A DNA stretch of 63,992 nucleotides, counting the filler. It is 7 parts of 7 records of this genome, joined end to end, with 100 filler letters (N's around TTAATTAATTAA, not from the genome) between each part and the next. Parts side by side here need not be neighbours in the genome. Positions count along the whole stretch, not along the records: positions 38,474 to 46,217 come from DRR723986_44124; positions 46,318 to 52,910 come from DRR723986_44139; 5 more parts are not named here. One strand, written 5' to 3'. Positions 41,283 through 51,246 of this stretch are shown here, in pieces; positions within the stretch are counted from its first letter, which is position 1, and the number at the start of each line of letters is the position of its first letter. The notes under the pieces are model-generated. The model saw only the letters and a program-made list of their open reading frames with translations. It did no database searches and was not told the DNA's origin. The position numbers and the translations under genes are program-made.

Positions 41283-42179
41283 ATGACGTCCACCGCTTCA
41301 CCCTTGGCCTCTCGAAAACTACCAATCACCGTTTTAATTGCAGTTAAGAACGAGGCTCTGAATCTTCCAAAATGTCTTAAGGCTCTTGTGCCAGCTGAAC
41401 GTGTATTGCTGCTTGATTCCGGAAGTACGGACGACACAAGTCGAATTGCAGAGGCACACGGAGCCGATGTAGTTCAATTTAAATACACGTTGGCCTATCC
41501 CAAAAAGCGGCAGTGGGCATTGGACAATTTGCGGATCAACACACCATGGGTATTTTTGTTAGATGCCGATGAGGTCATGACGCAAGAACTATGGAATGAA
41601 ATCTCGGTGGTAATTGGTTCACCAAATCCCAAGCCAGCATACTTGGTCGAAAAGGCATTCCATTTTTTGGGTAAACGATTCAAATATGGCGGTTTTAGCT
41701 TTAAGGCAGTGTTGCTGTTGCGAAGAGGCAAGGGGCGCTTCGAAGAGTTGGCCGTTGACCCATGCTCCAATTTAGACATGGAGGTTCACGAACGAATAGT
41801 TGTTGACGGTGAAATCGGATCGTTGAAGAACCCTGTTCTTCATGAGGATTTCAAGGGCTTGCAGGCCTATATCGATCGCCACAACAAATATTCCTCCTGG
41901 GAGGCGGAACTGAGGCTACGGTATTTGGATTCAGGCCAATATGGAGATACGGCAATAAAGCCAAAGCTTCTTGGTAACTCACAAGAACGGCGTCGTTTCC
42001 TAAAAAAGTTAGTCTTGAAACTACCATTTGAACACTGGTGGTGGTTTGGTTATCACTACGTGGTCAAACTAGGTTTTCTGGAGGGGCATCGTGGGCTCAT
42101 TGCTTGCCAGATTCGTGCTTCCTACATAGCTCAGACCAACGCGAAGATATATGAGATGAAGCTGAAAAGGAAAAAGTAA
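41283..42179 (+). CDS. Glycosyltransferase family 2
   Basis: VKNE, DSGSTD, LDADE (DxD), EVHE, RHNKYSSWEA. Confidence 0.92.
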   Translation: MTSTASPLASRKLPITVLIAVKNEALNLPKCLKALVPAERVLLLDSGSTDDTSRIAEAHGADVVQFKYTLAYPKKRQWALDNLRINTPWVFLLDADEVMTQELWNEISVVIGSPNPKPAYLVEKAFHFLGKRFKYGGFSFKAVLLLRRGKGRFEELAVDPCSNLDMEVHERIVVDGEIGSLKNPVLHEDFKGLQAYIDRHNKYSSWEAELRLRYLDSGQYGDTAIKPKLLGNSQERRRFLKKLVLKLPFEHWWWFGYHYVVKLGFLEGHRGLIACQIRASYIAQTNAKIYEMKLKRKK

Positions 42180-42845
42180 ATGGATATAAGTGGATACAAA
42201 TGGGAAAAGCCCGGGCAAACATGTGCACATGATTATCTAATGCCCACACTGTTGTCCGAACTAAAGATATTTATTAATCAGAAAGAAGCCAAGGTAGGCG
42301 CCCGTGGTCTAAACGCGTTTGATCTGGGTTGTGGTAATGGTAGCGTGGCGGGTCACCTGTATGAACTGGGGTGGTCTGTCTCTGGAGTGGATCCCTCAAT
42401 TCAAGGCATAGAGCAAGCTAAGTTGCATCATCCGAAGTGTGATTTGCATGTGGGTTCAGCCTATGAAGACCTGCAGGCAAAGTTCGGTAACTTTCCGTTG
42501 GTCTATAGTTTGGAGGTAGTGGAACATGTTTACTCTCCCAGAGATTACGCCAAAACGCTAGTAAGTCTTATGCAAGACGATGGAATTGCAATTGTGTCAA
42601 CTCCCTACCATGGCTATTGGAAAAATTTGGCAATGGCGCTTACTGGTGAAATGGACGCTCATTTCACAGCACTCTGGGATCATGGGCATATCAAGTTTTG
42701 GTCAGTAAAAACTTTAACTCAACTGTTCGAGGAAGTTGGGCTGGAGGTAATACGAGTGCATCGAGTTGGTCGTATTCCAGTGTTGGCCAAATCTATGGTG
42801 TTGGTGCTGAAGCGTAAGCGAGAGATTTTAGGCGATATCTCATAA
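42180..42845 (+). CDS. Class I SAM-dependent methyltransferase
   Basis: FDLGCGNG, GVDPS, SLEVVEHV, STPYHGY, WDHGHIKFWS. Confidence 0.92.
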   Translation: MDISGYKWEKPGQTCAHDYLMPTLLSELKIFINQKEAKVGARGLNAFDLGCGNGSVAGHLYELGWSVSGVDPSIQGIEQAKLHHPKCDLHVGSAYEDLQAKFGNFPLVYSLEVVEHVYSPRDYAKTLVSLMQDDGIAIVSTPYHGYWKNLAMALTGEMDAHFTALWDHGHIKFWSVKTLTQLFEEVGLEVIRVHRVGRIPVLAKSMVLVLKRKREILGDIS

Positions 42846-42975
42846 AATGCTTTAAATCTTTGCTTTTGCTGCATTCAAACCAAGTGGCTGTGCGTTAGTC
42901 GGTAAAGTATAGCTATAGCCAGTGTAAATTCTCGTTATTACTCTTATTGATCTCCCGACAGGAAGACTATTTCAA

Positions 42976-44112
42976 ATGTTTTTTGCAAGAAAGTTCAGCA
43001 TTGGTGCGTTTCTATGCATCCCGCTTCTTGGTGCTTGTGCCTTTCCCGGCCAATATTTCGGTATTAATGCAGAACAAGGCAAGTCTCAAGAAGTCGCTGC
43101 CAATGGTGTGGATTACACCTTAACGCCAATTGATGCGGTGTCCTTGAACGCTTTGGCCACAAGAAGTTCAGCACAAGCCGAACTTGTGCCAGAAAAATTT
43201 ACCGCTCAAACTGGGGCTTATCAGTACCTGATTGGTGTGGGCGATTTGGTGCGCATTACGGTATGGGATCACCCTGAGTTAACCAACCCCGCAGGCAACA
43301 CCACAGGGCAATTGCAAGGGCAAGTGGTTTTGCCCGACGGTACCTTTTATTTTCCCTTTTTGAACAAAGTAAAAGCGGCCGGGCGTACTACCGATGAAAT
43401 ACGGGTCGAAATGACCCGTAACCTCGAAAAGTTTATTCGTAGCCCACAGGTGGATGTATACATTCAACCCAACGGGTTTCGCTCGCAAAAAATTTACGTC
43501 AGCGGAGAAGTAGCGCAGCCCGGCTTTTTTCCAATAACTGATGTGCCCACCCGGCTAAGCGATGCCATTGCTCAGGCCGGTGGGCTGAGCAAGGAAGCTG
43601 ATTTAAGCAATGTAACCCTTCAGCGCAAGAATCAAACGGTTGTGTTAGATGCCTATAGGTTGCTGTATCAAGGTGATTTGTCGCAAAACATACTGCTTCA
43701 AAACGGCGATGTGTTGAATATTCCCGACAGACGCTTGCGCAAGGTGTTTTTAATGGGCGAGGTAGTGCAGCCATCATCCTTTGTTATGCCAGTGGGCAAG
43801 TTAACTTTGGCCGAGGTGCTAAGTGATATCGGTGGCATAAACCAAAACACCGCAAATGCACAGCAGGTGTACGTTATACGCCAAGCTAGCATTGATGGTT
43901 CAAGCCAACCGAAGTTGAACATATATCACTTGGATTCGACCAGCCCCACCAGCGTGTTGTACGCCGACCAGTTCGAGATGCAGCCGCGAGACGTAGTGTA
44001 CGTAGACCCAGTCAGGTTGGTTCGTATCAATCGTCTGTTGGGTACTATACTGCCTAGCTTGCAAGTGTTGCCCGCTGTGCGGTCCAATATCCGGGTGCTG
44101 GAAGGCGAATAA
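42976..44112 (+). CDS. wza: Polysaccharide export outer-membrane lipoprotein Wza
   Basis: Lipobox LGAC, YLIGVGD..RITVWDHPEL, DGTFYFPF, SLBB repeats, QPRDVVYV. Confidence 0.93.
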   Translation: MFFARKFSIGAFLCIPLLGACAFPGQYFGINAEQGKSQEVAANGVDYTLTPIDAVSLNALATRSSAQAELVPEKFTAQTGAYQYLIGVGDLVRITVWDHPELTNPAGNTTGQLQGQVVLPDGTFYFPFLNKVKAAGRTTDEIRVEMTRNLEKFIRSPQVDVYIQPNGFRSQKIYVSGEVAQPGFFPITDVPTRLSDAIAQAGGLSKEADLSNVTLQRKNQTVVLDAYRLLYQGDLSQNILLQNGDVLNIPDRRLRKVFLMGEVVQPSSFVMPVGKLTLAEVLSDIGGINQNTANAQQVYVIRQASIDGSSQPKLNIYHLDSTSPTSVLYADQFEMQPRDVVYVDPVRLVRINRLLGTILPSLQVLPAVRSNIRVLEGE

Positions 44113-44127
44113 AACAGAGAAACTAGC

Positions 44128-46217
44128 GTGAATCAAATGAATATGCCTTACGAACGCAGCACCCAAGCCGTTGGCTTGGGTCAGCCCATGGAGCAAACCA
44201 GCGAAAGTGCTGAAATCAACCTGCTCGACCTGTGGTACAACCTGCTCGATTTCAAGTGGGTGGCTGCAGCCATAGTTGCGGTGGCTACCGCAATTGGCCT
44301 GCTTTACGCCACTGTGGCCACACCTATTTATTCCGCAGACGTGTTGTTGCAAGTGGAAACCAAGCAATCTGGCGGCTTGGCTGCGCTGGAAGACGTAAGC
44401 GGCGTGCTTGCCGCGGGCGGCAGCAATGTAACCGGCGAACTTGAAATTATCAAAAGCCGCACGGTAGTAGAAAGTGTGGCCCAAACATTGGGTTTGGCGC
44501 AGTCTATTACTCCGCAATATTTCCCGGTATTTGGCCAGTGGCTGGCCAACCAACATGAAGCCGCGTTGGGCTTGGCCCAGCCATTCATGGGTTTGAATGA
44601 ATATGCATGGGGTGGTGAACAGCTCAAGCTGGCACAATTCAGTGTGCCCACAGAGTTTACCGACCAAGCTTTTGTGGCAGTAAAAGGCGAAGGCAACACC
44701 TTCAACTTATACAGCCCTTTTGAAGAATTGTTGGGCCAAGGCGCTGTTGGCCAACCCCTTACTTTCAAAATAGGGTACGGCAGTGGCAGCATTACCATTT
44801 CTCAATTTGAAGCCAACCCCGGCATGCAAGCCAATGTGGTGCGCAGGCACCCGTTAAGCTTGCACAACGGTTTGGTTGCCCCTCTTACTGCAGGTGAGGT
44901 GGGTCGCAACAGCAGTATGATTCGGGTAAGTTATGAAAGCCCTAACCCTGCCTTTGCTGTGCAGTTTTTGAATGAGCTGGCGAATGCTTACTTGCGCCAA
45001 AACGTGGAGCGCAAAGGCCAGGAGGCCGAGCAGCAGTTGGTGTTTCTGGATGAGCAGCTGCCCAGTATTAAAGAACAGCTGCGCAAAGCAGAAGATGCGC
45101 TAAACGCTTTTGTTCAAAGCAAAGGCACGATTGACCCCACGCTGGATACGCAAAGAATTTTAGGGCAAGACGTTGAGCTTGAAACCAAGCGAGTCGAGCT
45201 TGGTTTAGAGCGCGAGAAATTGCTTCAACGCTTTCAACCTGGTCACCCGTTGATACAGGCCATTGATGATCAGCTTGCACAGCTGCGTAGTGTGCGTGGT
45301 GGTGTGGCCAGCCAAGCCCAAGCCTTGCCGGAAGTGCAGCAAGAATATTTGCGCCTGCGGCGCGATGTAGAGGTGAACCAGGCTTTGTATACTTCACTGC
45401 TAAACGGTGCGCAGCAATTGAAGGTGGCCAAAGCGGGCACGGTGGGCAATGTGGCAATCGTAGATTACGCCCAACAACCTAAGCGCCCCTTTAAACCTAA
45501 GAAAGGCCAGGTGCTCGCCTTGGCCATTTTGGCAGGCATTTTCTTGGGCGTATTGGCCGCCCAAGCCTTGGCCATGCTACGCAGTGCAGTGCGAGACCCA
45601 AGCAAATTGGAACAAGCCACGGGTTTGTCGGTGTATTCCATTGTGCCACTCAGCCAGCAGCAAACCACCGCTGAAAAAGGCTTACGCCGCCGTACTGACA
45701 AAGTAGGTTTGTTGGCTGTGTCTGCACCCAACGACCCTTCAATTGAAGCCTTGCGAAGCTTCCGCACAGGCCTGCAATTTGCCACCATTGATTCGCCCAA
45801 TAAGCGGGTTCTTATTACCGGCCCTGTGCCTGAAATTGGCAAATCGTTTGTATCGGCCAACTTTGCCGCTATTATGGCGCAGGCCGGTAAACGGGTGCTG
45901 TTGATTGATGGTGACATGCGCAAAGGCACGTTAAGCCGTTATTTCATTCAAGAAGAGCGGGGCGACGCCAAACACCCTGGCTTAAGCGATGTGGTGGCCG
46001 GTACCGTTGGCTTTGACAAAGCACTGATTAAAACTGAGTTAGAGGGCCTGCATGTGTTGGTGTCTGGCTCGGTGCCGCCCAACCCCAGCGAGTTGCTGCT
46101 GCACCCCAACTTTATTGCCCTGCTTGAAAAAGCGGATGTGGAATACGACTATGTCATTATCGACAGCCCACCGGTGTTGTTGGTAAGCGATGCATCGGTA
46201 ATGGGCCAACACTGCTC
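44128..46217 (+). CDS. wzc: Polysaccharide co-polymerase / BY-kinase Wzc, truncated at the contig end
   Basis: Wzz-like N-terminus, YAWGGE, two TM segments, EALRSFRT, Walker A GPVPEIGKS, LIDGDMRKG, PPNPSELL, IIDSPP. Confidence 0.95.
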
Positions 46218-46317
46218 NNNNNNNNNNNNNNNNNNNNNNNNNNNNNNNNNNNNNNNNNNNNTTAATTAATTAANNNNNNNNNNNNNNNNNNNNNNNNNNN
46301 NNNNNNNNNNNNNNNNN
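46218..46317. other. Artificial contig spacer
   Basis: Same 100-nt linker. Confidence 0.99.
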
Positions 46318-46318
46318 C

Positions 46319-46513
46319 CCCTGCATCAAGATCTGCGTGGTGCATCCCGAGGCGCGGCTGTGCACCGGATGTTTGCGATCTATTGACGAGATTGGCCGCT
46401 GGTCACGCATGAGTCCCGAAGAGCGGCGCGAGGTCATGGCGGAACTGCCCTCGCGGGCCGGTGCATTTGGCAAACGACGCGGCGGTCGTGCCGCACGGAT
46501 GGCGCGGCGGTAG
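46319..46513 (+). CDS. DUF1289 family protein, 5'-truncated (absent from the ORF track)
   Basis: Manual translation: PCIKICVVHPEARLCTGCLRSIDEIGRWSRMSPEERREVMAELPSR...RR*. Confidence 0.88.
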   Translation, partial: PCIKICVVHPEARLCTGCLRSIDEIGRWSRMSPEERREVMAELPSRAGAFGKRRGGRAARMARR

Positions 46514-46533
46514 AGCCTGTGGGGCTGGTGGGC

Positions 46534-46770
46534 TTAGCGCTTGCCAGCGATGTTGAACAGCAAATCCAGAGCCAGATTGGACGTCACCGCCCCTTCATGG
46601 CCCGTGGGCGCGTGGTTGCCATTGGCACCAAATGCAGAAAGCCGTGCAAATCCAAGCGCTTGCTGATGCTTGAACCGCCCCTGAAAGCCAAAGGCACGTT
46701 TGGTTCTGCGGGGTGTTTTCTGGGCGTAATATGCCAGATTGCCTTGCGGTCCTGTCAGAATGATTTTCAT
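46534..46770 (-). CDS. Small hypothetical protein (78 aa)
   Basis: ATG 46770 preceded by a GAGG SD. Reads MKIILTGPQGNL...LDLLFNIAGKR*. No recognisable family. Confidence 0.4.
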   Translation of the reverse strand: MKIILTGPQGNLAYYAQKTPRRTKRAFGFQGRFKHQQALGFARLSAFGANGNHAPTGHEGAVTSNLALDLLFNIAGKR

Positions 46771-46887
46771 AGCGTGATGCCTCAATAGCATTGTTTCGAC
46801 ACTGACTATTATCGTTTCCGAAATGGCAACATTGTGGCGACCCCAAGGTGATTGTGGGCACAATTGCCACCTATGCGGGTGGTTCTG

Positions 46888-47640
46888 TCAAAATTCAAGC
46901 CAATCGGATGGTGCAATTTCCGGTCTGAAATAGGCAATCATCCGGCCTTCCGGCGGCGCGGTGTCTTGTGGCCCCCAGACCCCGACACCGTGCAACAGAT
47001 GTCGGTGCAATAAAATGGATTGGCCCGGCGCGGCTGTCACTGGCCGGGGCGTGATACTATCAAACACTTTGCGGCGGGCAGCATGATAAGCCTCTGTAAT
47101 ATCGACACTCTTTGGGTCGCGTTTGCCGATCTCCGCCCGAAATGCCTGCCCCATGATCTTATGACTTCCCGGCCAGACCATCAGCGGCGCAGCATCGCTG
47201 TGGTTCAGCGGCAGACCAAGAATAAACCCGTGTGGTTCTTGCATGAACCTCCGGCGATCCTGCCCCACCGGCAGCAACCCATCCACATGCGCGGCAAAGC
47301 GGGTGATCCGGTAACGGTGGTTGCCCTCGCTTTCGCCTGCGTCCCGCTGGGGATAGCCGGGATAGACAATTGAGACCTGGGCGCGGTGCCATTGCGCGGG
47401 CGGCTCAATGTGATCCTGCCACGGCCCCTTAAGAGGCACGCCCCCTATTGCCCCGTCAGAGGCATTTGGCAAAACATCCACACCGACAAACCACGTATTG
47501 CCATGGCGCAGGTTGGCGTTTTGAATGTCCGGGTCAGCGGCAAGTTTTTTGGCAGCCTCAAGCGCAGCCGCAGCCCATGTCAGCGTTGCCTCGTCTGGAT
47601 CAAAAACGGCAAAGCCTTTGGTCCTCAGATCCGTTACCAC
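46888..47640 (-). CDS. Putative 2-oxoglutarate/Fe(II)-dependent oxygenase (PhyH-like fold)
   Basis: HVD (HxD), VWPGSH, distal His in HRHLLHG, and RMIAYFR. Confidence 0.7.
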   Translation of the reverse strand: MVTDLRTKGFAVFDPDEATLTWAAAALEAAKKLAADPDIQNANLRHGNTWFVGVDVLPNASDGAIGGVPLKGPWQDHIEPPAQWHRAQVSIVYPGYPQRDAGESEGNHRYRITRFAAHVDGLLPVGQDRRRFMQEPHGFILGLPLNHSDAAPLMVWPGSHKIMGQAFRAEIGKRDPKSVDITEAYHAARRKVFDSITPRPVTAAPGQSILLHRHLLHGVGVWGPQDTAPPEGRMIAYFRPEIAPSDWLEF

Positions 47641-48461
47641 CCCAGCGCCTTGCGCAGCATGTTAACGGCGACCAGTACCAGAAACACCGCAAACACCCGT
47701 TTGAGCGGCTTTGGGTCCATCGCATGGGCCAGCTTCACGCCCAAAGGCGCGGTCATCAGGGTCATTGCGATGATAATCCCAAAGGCCACCAGATTGACCG
47801 CGCCGATGGTCAACGGCGGTTTGCCCGCTTGCATATCCACGAACAGGAACCCGATCACGGATGGCACCGCAATCAACACACCAAACCCGGCAGCGGTGGC
47901 CACGGCGCGGTGAATGGGCGTGTTAAACAGGCTCATCAACGGCACGCCAAAGCTGCCGCCGCCAATGCCCATCAGAACCGATAGAAACCCGACACCGGGG
48001 GACAGAACCGCCCGCAAACCGCCCGCTGGCATCGCCTGCCCCAACCGCCATTCAGCGCGGCCAAATCCCATATAGAGGCCCACGATCAGGGCCAGACCGC
48101 CAAAGATCGCTTGCAAGGTGCCCGACCGCAGTTGCGCCACCAAAAGCATGCCAATGATTGCGCCGATCACGATCCCCGGCGCCCAGCTGCGCAGGATCTG
48201 CCAATCCACCGCGCCCTTTTTGTTGTGGCTGTGCACCGACCGCAGCGAGGTGACGATGATTGTCGCCAATGAGGTCGCCAGACACATCTGCATGAGCTGC
48301 GGGCCATCATAGCCAAGGGTCTGAAACGCATAGAAAAACGCAGGTACCAGAACGATGCCGCCGCCCACGCCAAGCAGCCCGGCCAGCACTCCGGCAAAGG
48401 CACCGATGGCCATCAACATCAGCGCCATTTGTAGCAACAAAGCGGTCTGTGGCATCTGCAC
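47634..48461 (-). CDS. TauE/SafE family (sulfite exporter-like) membrane protein
   Basis: AGLLGVGGGIVLVP and MGIGGGSFGVP repeats, ATSLA, about 8 TM segments. Confidence 0.92.
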   Translation of the reverse strand: MQMPQTALLLQMALMLMAIGAFAGVLAGLLGVGGGIVLVPAFFYAFQTLGYDGPQLMQMCLATSLATIIVTSLRSVHSHNKKGAVDWQILRSWAPGIVIGAIIGMLLVAQLRSGTLQAIFGGLALIVGLYMGFGRAEWRLGQAMPAGGLRAVLSPGVGFLSVLMGIGGGSFGVPLMSLFNTPIHRAVATAAGFGVLIAVPSVIGFLFVDMQAGKPPLTIGAVNLVAFGIIIAMTLMTAPLGVKLAHAMDPKPLKRVFAVFLVLVAVNMLRKALGW

Positions 48462-48484
48462 TCTCCCTCAAGGTCTAGGTTTTG

Positions 48485-49501
48485 CTACACCGCTTCGCGG
48501 GTCTGTGCCAGTGTCTCGATCTTCTCCAGCGCTTCCAGCACCAGCGACACATCGGCCCTCGGTTTGCTGACCCCTTCGGACAGCGTCCGGCGCCAGATGC
48601 GTGCGCCGGGCCGGCCCGCAAAGAGGCCCAACATGTGCCGGGTGATCTGGTGCAAACGCCCGCCAGCGTCCAGATGCGCCTCAATATAGGGCACCATAGT
48701 CCGCACGGCCTCTTCCGGGGTCGTGTCGGCACCGTCGCCATAGATCCGCCGGTCCGCCTGACACAGAATATCTGCCGGGCTGTGATAGGCGCTGCGCCCG
48801 ATCATCACTCCGTCGAGGCCGGCATCCAGAAACGCCTCCGCCTCATCAAGCGTGGTAATGCCCCCGTTGACCGAGATATGCAGATTTGGAAACAGCTCTT
48901 TCATGCGGTGGACCAGTGGATAATCCAGCGGCGGGATGTCGCGGTTTTCCTTGGGGGACAGCCCTTGCAACCAGGCCTTGCGCGCATGAATGCTGACACG
49001 GGTACATCCCGTTGCAATCACCCGCGCCAGAAACTCTGGCAAAATCTCATCGGGGTCCTGGTCGTCCACCCCGATCCGGCATTTGACGGTGACATCCACA
49101 TCCACCGCCGCCCGCATCGCCGACACACAGCGGGCCACCAGCGCGGGGTTCTCCATCAGTACCGCACCAAACAACCCCGATTGCACCCGATCGGACGGGC
49201 AACCCACATTGAGGTTGATCTCGTCATATCCAGCCTCTGCCCCCAGCCGCGCCGCCTCTGCCAGCTCAGCCGGATCCGATCCGCCCAGTTGCAGGGCCAC
49301 GGGATGTTCCGCCGCATCGAAATCCAGCAAATGCAGCGCCCCGCCCCGCACCAAAGCGGGCGAGGTGACCATTTCCGTATAGAGCAGCGTATTCCGGCTT
49401 AGCAATCGGTGCAGGTACCGGCAATGGCGGTCGGTCCAGTCCATCATCGGGGCGACGGACAGGCGGGCGTGCCGATCTAGGGTGTTGGGCAGGTCGTGCA
49501 T
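48485..49501 (-). CDS. dusA: tRNA-dihydrouridine(20/20a) synthase
   Basis: VAPMMDWTDRHCR, LQLGGS, NLNVGCPSDRVQ, HARKAWLQGLSPKENR. Confidence 0.96.
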   Translation of the reverse strand: MHDLPNTLDRHARLSVAPMMDWTDRHCRYLHRLLSRNTLLYTEMVTSPALVRGGALHLLDFDAAEHPVALQLGGSDPAELAEAARLGAEAGYDEINLNVGCPSDRVQSGLFGAVLMENPALVARCVSAMRAAVDVDVTVKCRIGVDDQDPDEILPEFLARVIATGCTRVSIHARKAWLQGLSPKENRDIPPLDYPLVHRMKELFPNLHISVNGGITTLDEAEAFLDAGLDGVMIGRSAYHSPADILCQADRRIYGDGADTTPEEAVRTMVPYIEAHLDAGGRLHQITRHMLGLFAGRPGARIWRRTLSEGVSKPRADVSLVLEALEKIETLAQTREAV

Positions 49502-49601
49502 GGGCGCTCTTTGGGCAGTCAGGATCAGACCCGTGAGTTAGAGCAAAACGCGCGGGGCAACAATAGAGCGGCGCATAGGCACCCAATCGCCGCCCTGCCC
49601 G

Positions 49602-50468
49602 TCATGTCTTTGCCGGGGTTTGTGCCGCCACATCAGCGAAATGTTCCTTAAGCCGGATGCTGCCGTAACGCTCACAGGCCATGTCGATGCCCATTGCGGT
49701 GAGGAAAAACTGCGCAGGGCCAGAGATGTGGCGCGGCGTGATCCAAGGAAGAACTTTGAGCGCAACACGCCGCAATATATCGGGCAGATGGGTGATTTTC
49801 ACTGGCTTGCCCAAAGCGGCAAAGGCAAGTTCGGCGATCTGGTTATGTGTCAAAACATCCGGCCCGCCGACATGTGCCATCTCTGCCCCGGCGCGGGTCA
49901 GCTCAACCGTGGCCTGTGCCAGATCTTGGCCATCTATCGGGTTGATCCGGTTCTGCCCGGTGCCAAACAGCCAGACCCGCCCGGATCGCGCCATGTCCAG
50001 AAAATCCGACATATCCGAGAAATACCCCGAGGGCGCGATGATGGTATGGGCGATGGGCGCGGCAATGAGCTTGTCCGCAAAGGCCTGTTTGGCCGCCACC
50101 AATGGCACATGGCGCATCTGTTCCGCGCCCAGCACGTGAATATAGGCAAAGCGCGTGACCCCGGCATTCAGCGCCTCTGCCAAAAGGTTGGCGTTGGCCT
50201 GATAATCGACGTTCCAATAGGTGAGCCCGTCACGTTGGCGCGTGATTCCCAAAGCCGAGACCACAAGATCGGCCCCGGCCATGGTGCCTGCCAGCGTATG
50301 GGCCTGAGTGGCCTCTGCCTCGATCATCGCATCGGCCACAAGGCCAGAGGCACGGGCCCGGCTTGCATCGCGGACCAGCGCCCTGACCTGCCAGCCCTGC
50401 GCCTTGTATTCCGCCGCCAGAAAGCGGCCCAGATAGCCGGTTGCACCGGCGATAAATACGGTTGGCAT
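49602..50468 (-). CDS. Atypical SDR / NAD(P)H-binding oxidoreductase
   Basis: AGATGYLG, SALGITRQ, VDYQAN, NPIDGQDLA. GAGGA SD before ATG 50468. Confidence 0.88.
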   Translation of the reverse strand: MPTVFIAGATGYLGRFLAAEYKAQGWQVRALVRDASRARASGLVADAMIEAEATQAHTLAGTMAGADLVVSALGITRQRDGLTYWNVDYQANANLLAEALNAGVTRFAYIHVLGAEQMRHVPLVAAKQAFADKLIAAPIAHTIIAPSGYFSDMSDFLDMARSGRVWLFGTGQNRINPIDGQDLAQATVELTRAGAEMAHVGGPDVLTHNQIAELAFAALGKPVKITHLPDILRRVALKVLPWITPRHISGPAQFFLTAMGIDMACERYGSIRLKEHFADVAAQTPAKT

Positions 50469-50651
50469 CAGCCAATCCTCCGTTGTTGACAGGCGATCTG
50501 TGCAGGCAGGTTTCCCCGCTGCTGCACGATGTTCAATTGCGGTTTGCGGCGCGCGGTCACAGCGGCCTGCCGTTCCACCAATGCCGCCAAAGGGCGACAA
50601 GGGCCGTGGTGGCCAGAGGGCGGCTTTTGAGAAACTTTGCCATGGCCGAAC

Positions 50652-51020
50652 CTATCCAACAACCCGGTGCCCGCGCTGCTGCATGCAGGTGACAACGATC
50701 TGCCGGCGGGCATCGCGCGATTTGACAGCGCCGCCAAGAGTTGTTGCAAGTGCGCCCGCCACAGCCCCGCCAAGCGCCGTCCCGCCATCCTTGTCCGCAG
50801 CCCCCATGGCAGCGCCCATTGCGGTGCCAAGCATAACGTTTTGCCGGGTTTCAGCATTGTCCCAACGGCGCGATTTGGCCACCGATTGGCACGCGGTCAG
50901 ATCGCTTTGGAAGGCAGCAGACGGCGTGCCATCGACAATGGGCTGATGCTGTGCGCCGGTGCCTGAACAAGCCGCAATCAAGGCCACACAAGGCAAGCTC
51001 AAAAGGGTCAGATGTTTCAT
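50652..51020 (-). CDS. Glycine-zipper lipoprotein
   Basis: Lipobox IAAC, DLTAC, GxxxG zipper GTAMGAAMG...GGAVAG, CMQQRGHRV. GGAG SD. Confidence 0.85.
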   Translation of the reverse strand: MKHLTLLSLPCVALIAACSGTGAQHQPIVDGTPSAAFQSDLTACQSVAKSRRWDNAETRQNVMLGTAMGAAMGAADKDGGTALGGAVAGALATTLGGAVKSRDARRQIVVTCMQQRGHRVVG

Positions 51021-51158
51021 GGTGTGATCTCCAGTTTTTTGTTTTTTTGAAGTGAGGCCAGCACTGCGCCGCCTCAGACCCCGAGCAATTGTTCCCCTCT
51101 GGAACATCCGCGCCCTTGATCTGAAACGGATATGACAACAGCGGGCCGGCGCTGCGAC

Positions 51159-51192
51159 CGGACCGGCTGGAAACAACGTACGGACAAGCTGG
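51159..51192 (-). promoter_or_regulatory. Direct repeat, candidate AraC-family operator
   Basis: CCAGCttGTCCG and CCAGCcgGTCCG (minus strand) with 22-bp periodicity, between the AraC gene and the lipoprotein gene. Confidence 0.45.
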
Positions 51193-51246
51193 CTGGTACG
51201 CGCCCGCTTGCCTTGCGATGTGTTTTCAATGGGTTACGTTTCGGCT

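Noticed and set aside
48482..50489. 306-aa and 289-aa plus-strand ORFs opposite dusA and the SDR
   Set aside because: Antisense shadows with no recognisable domains.
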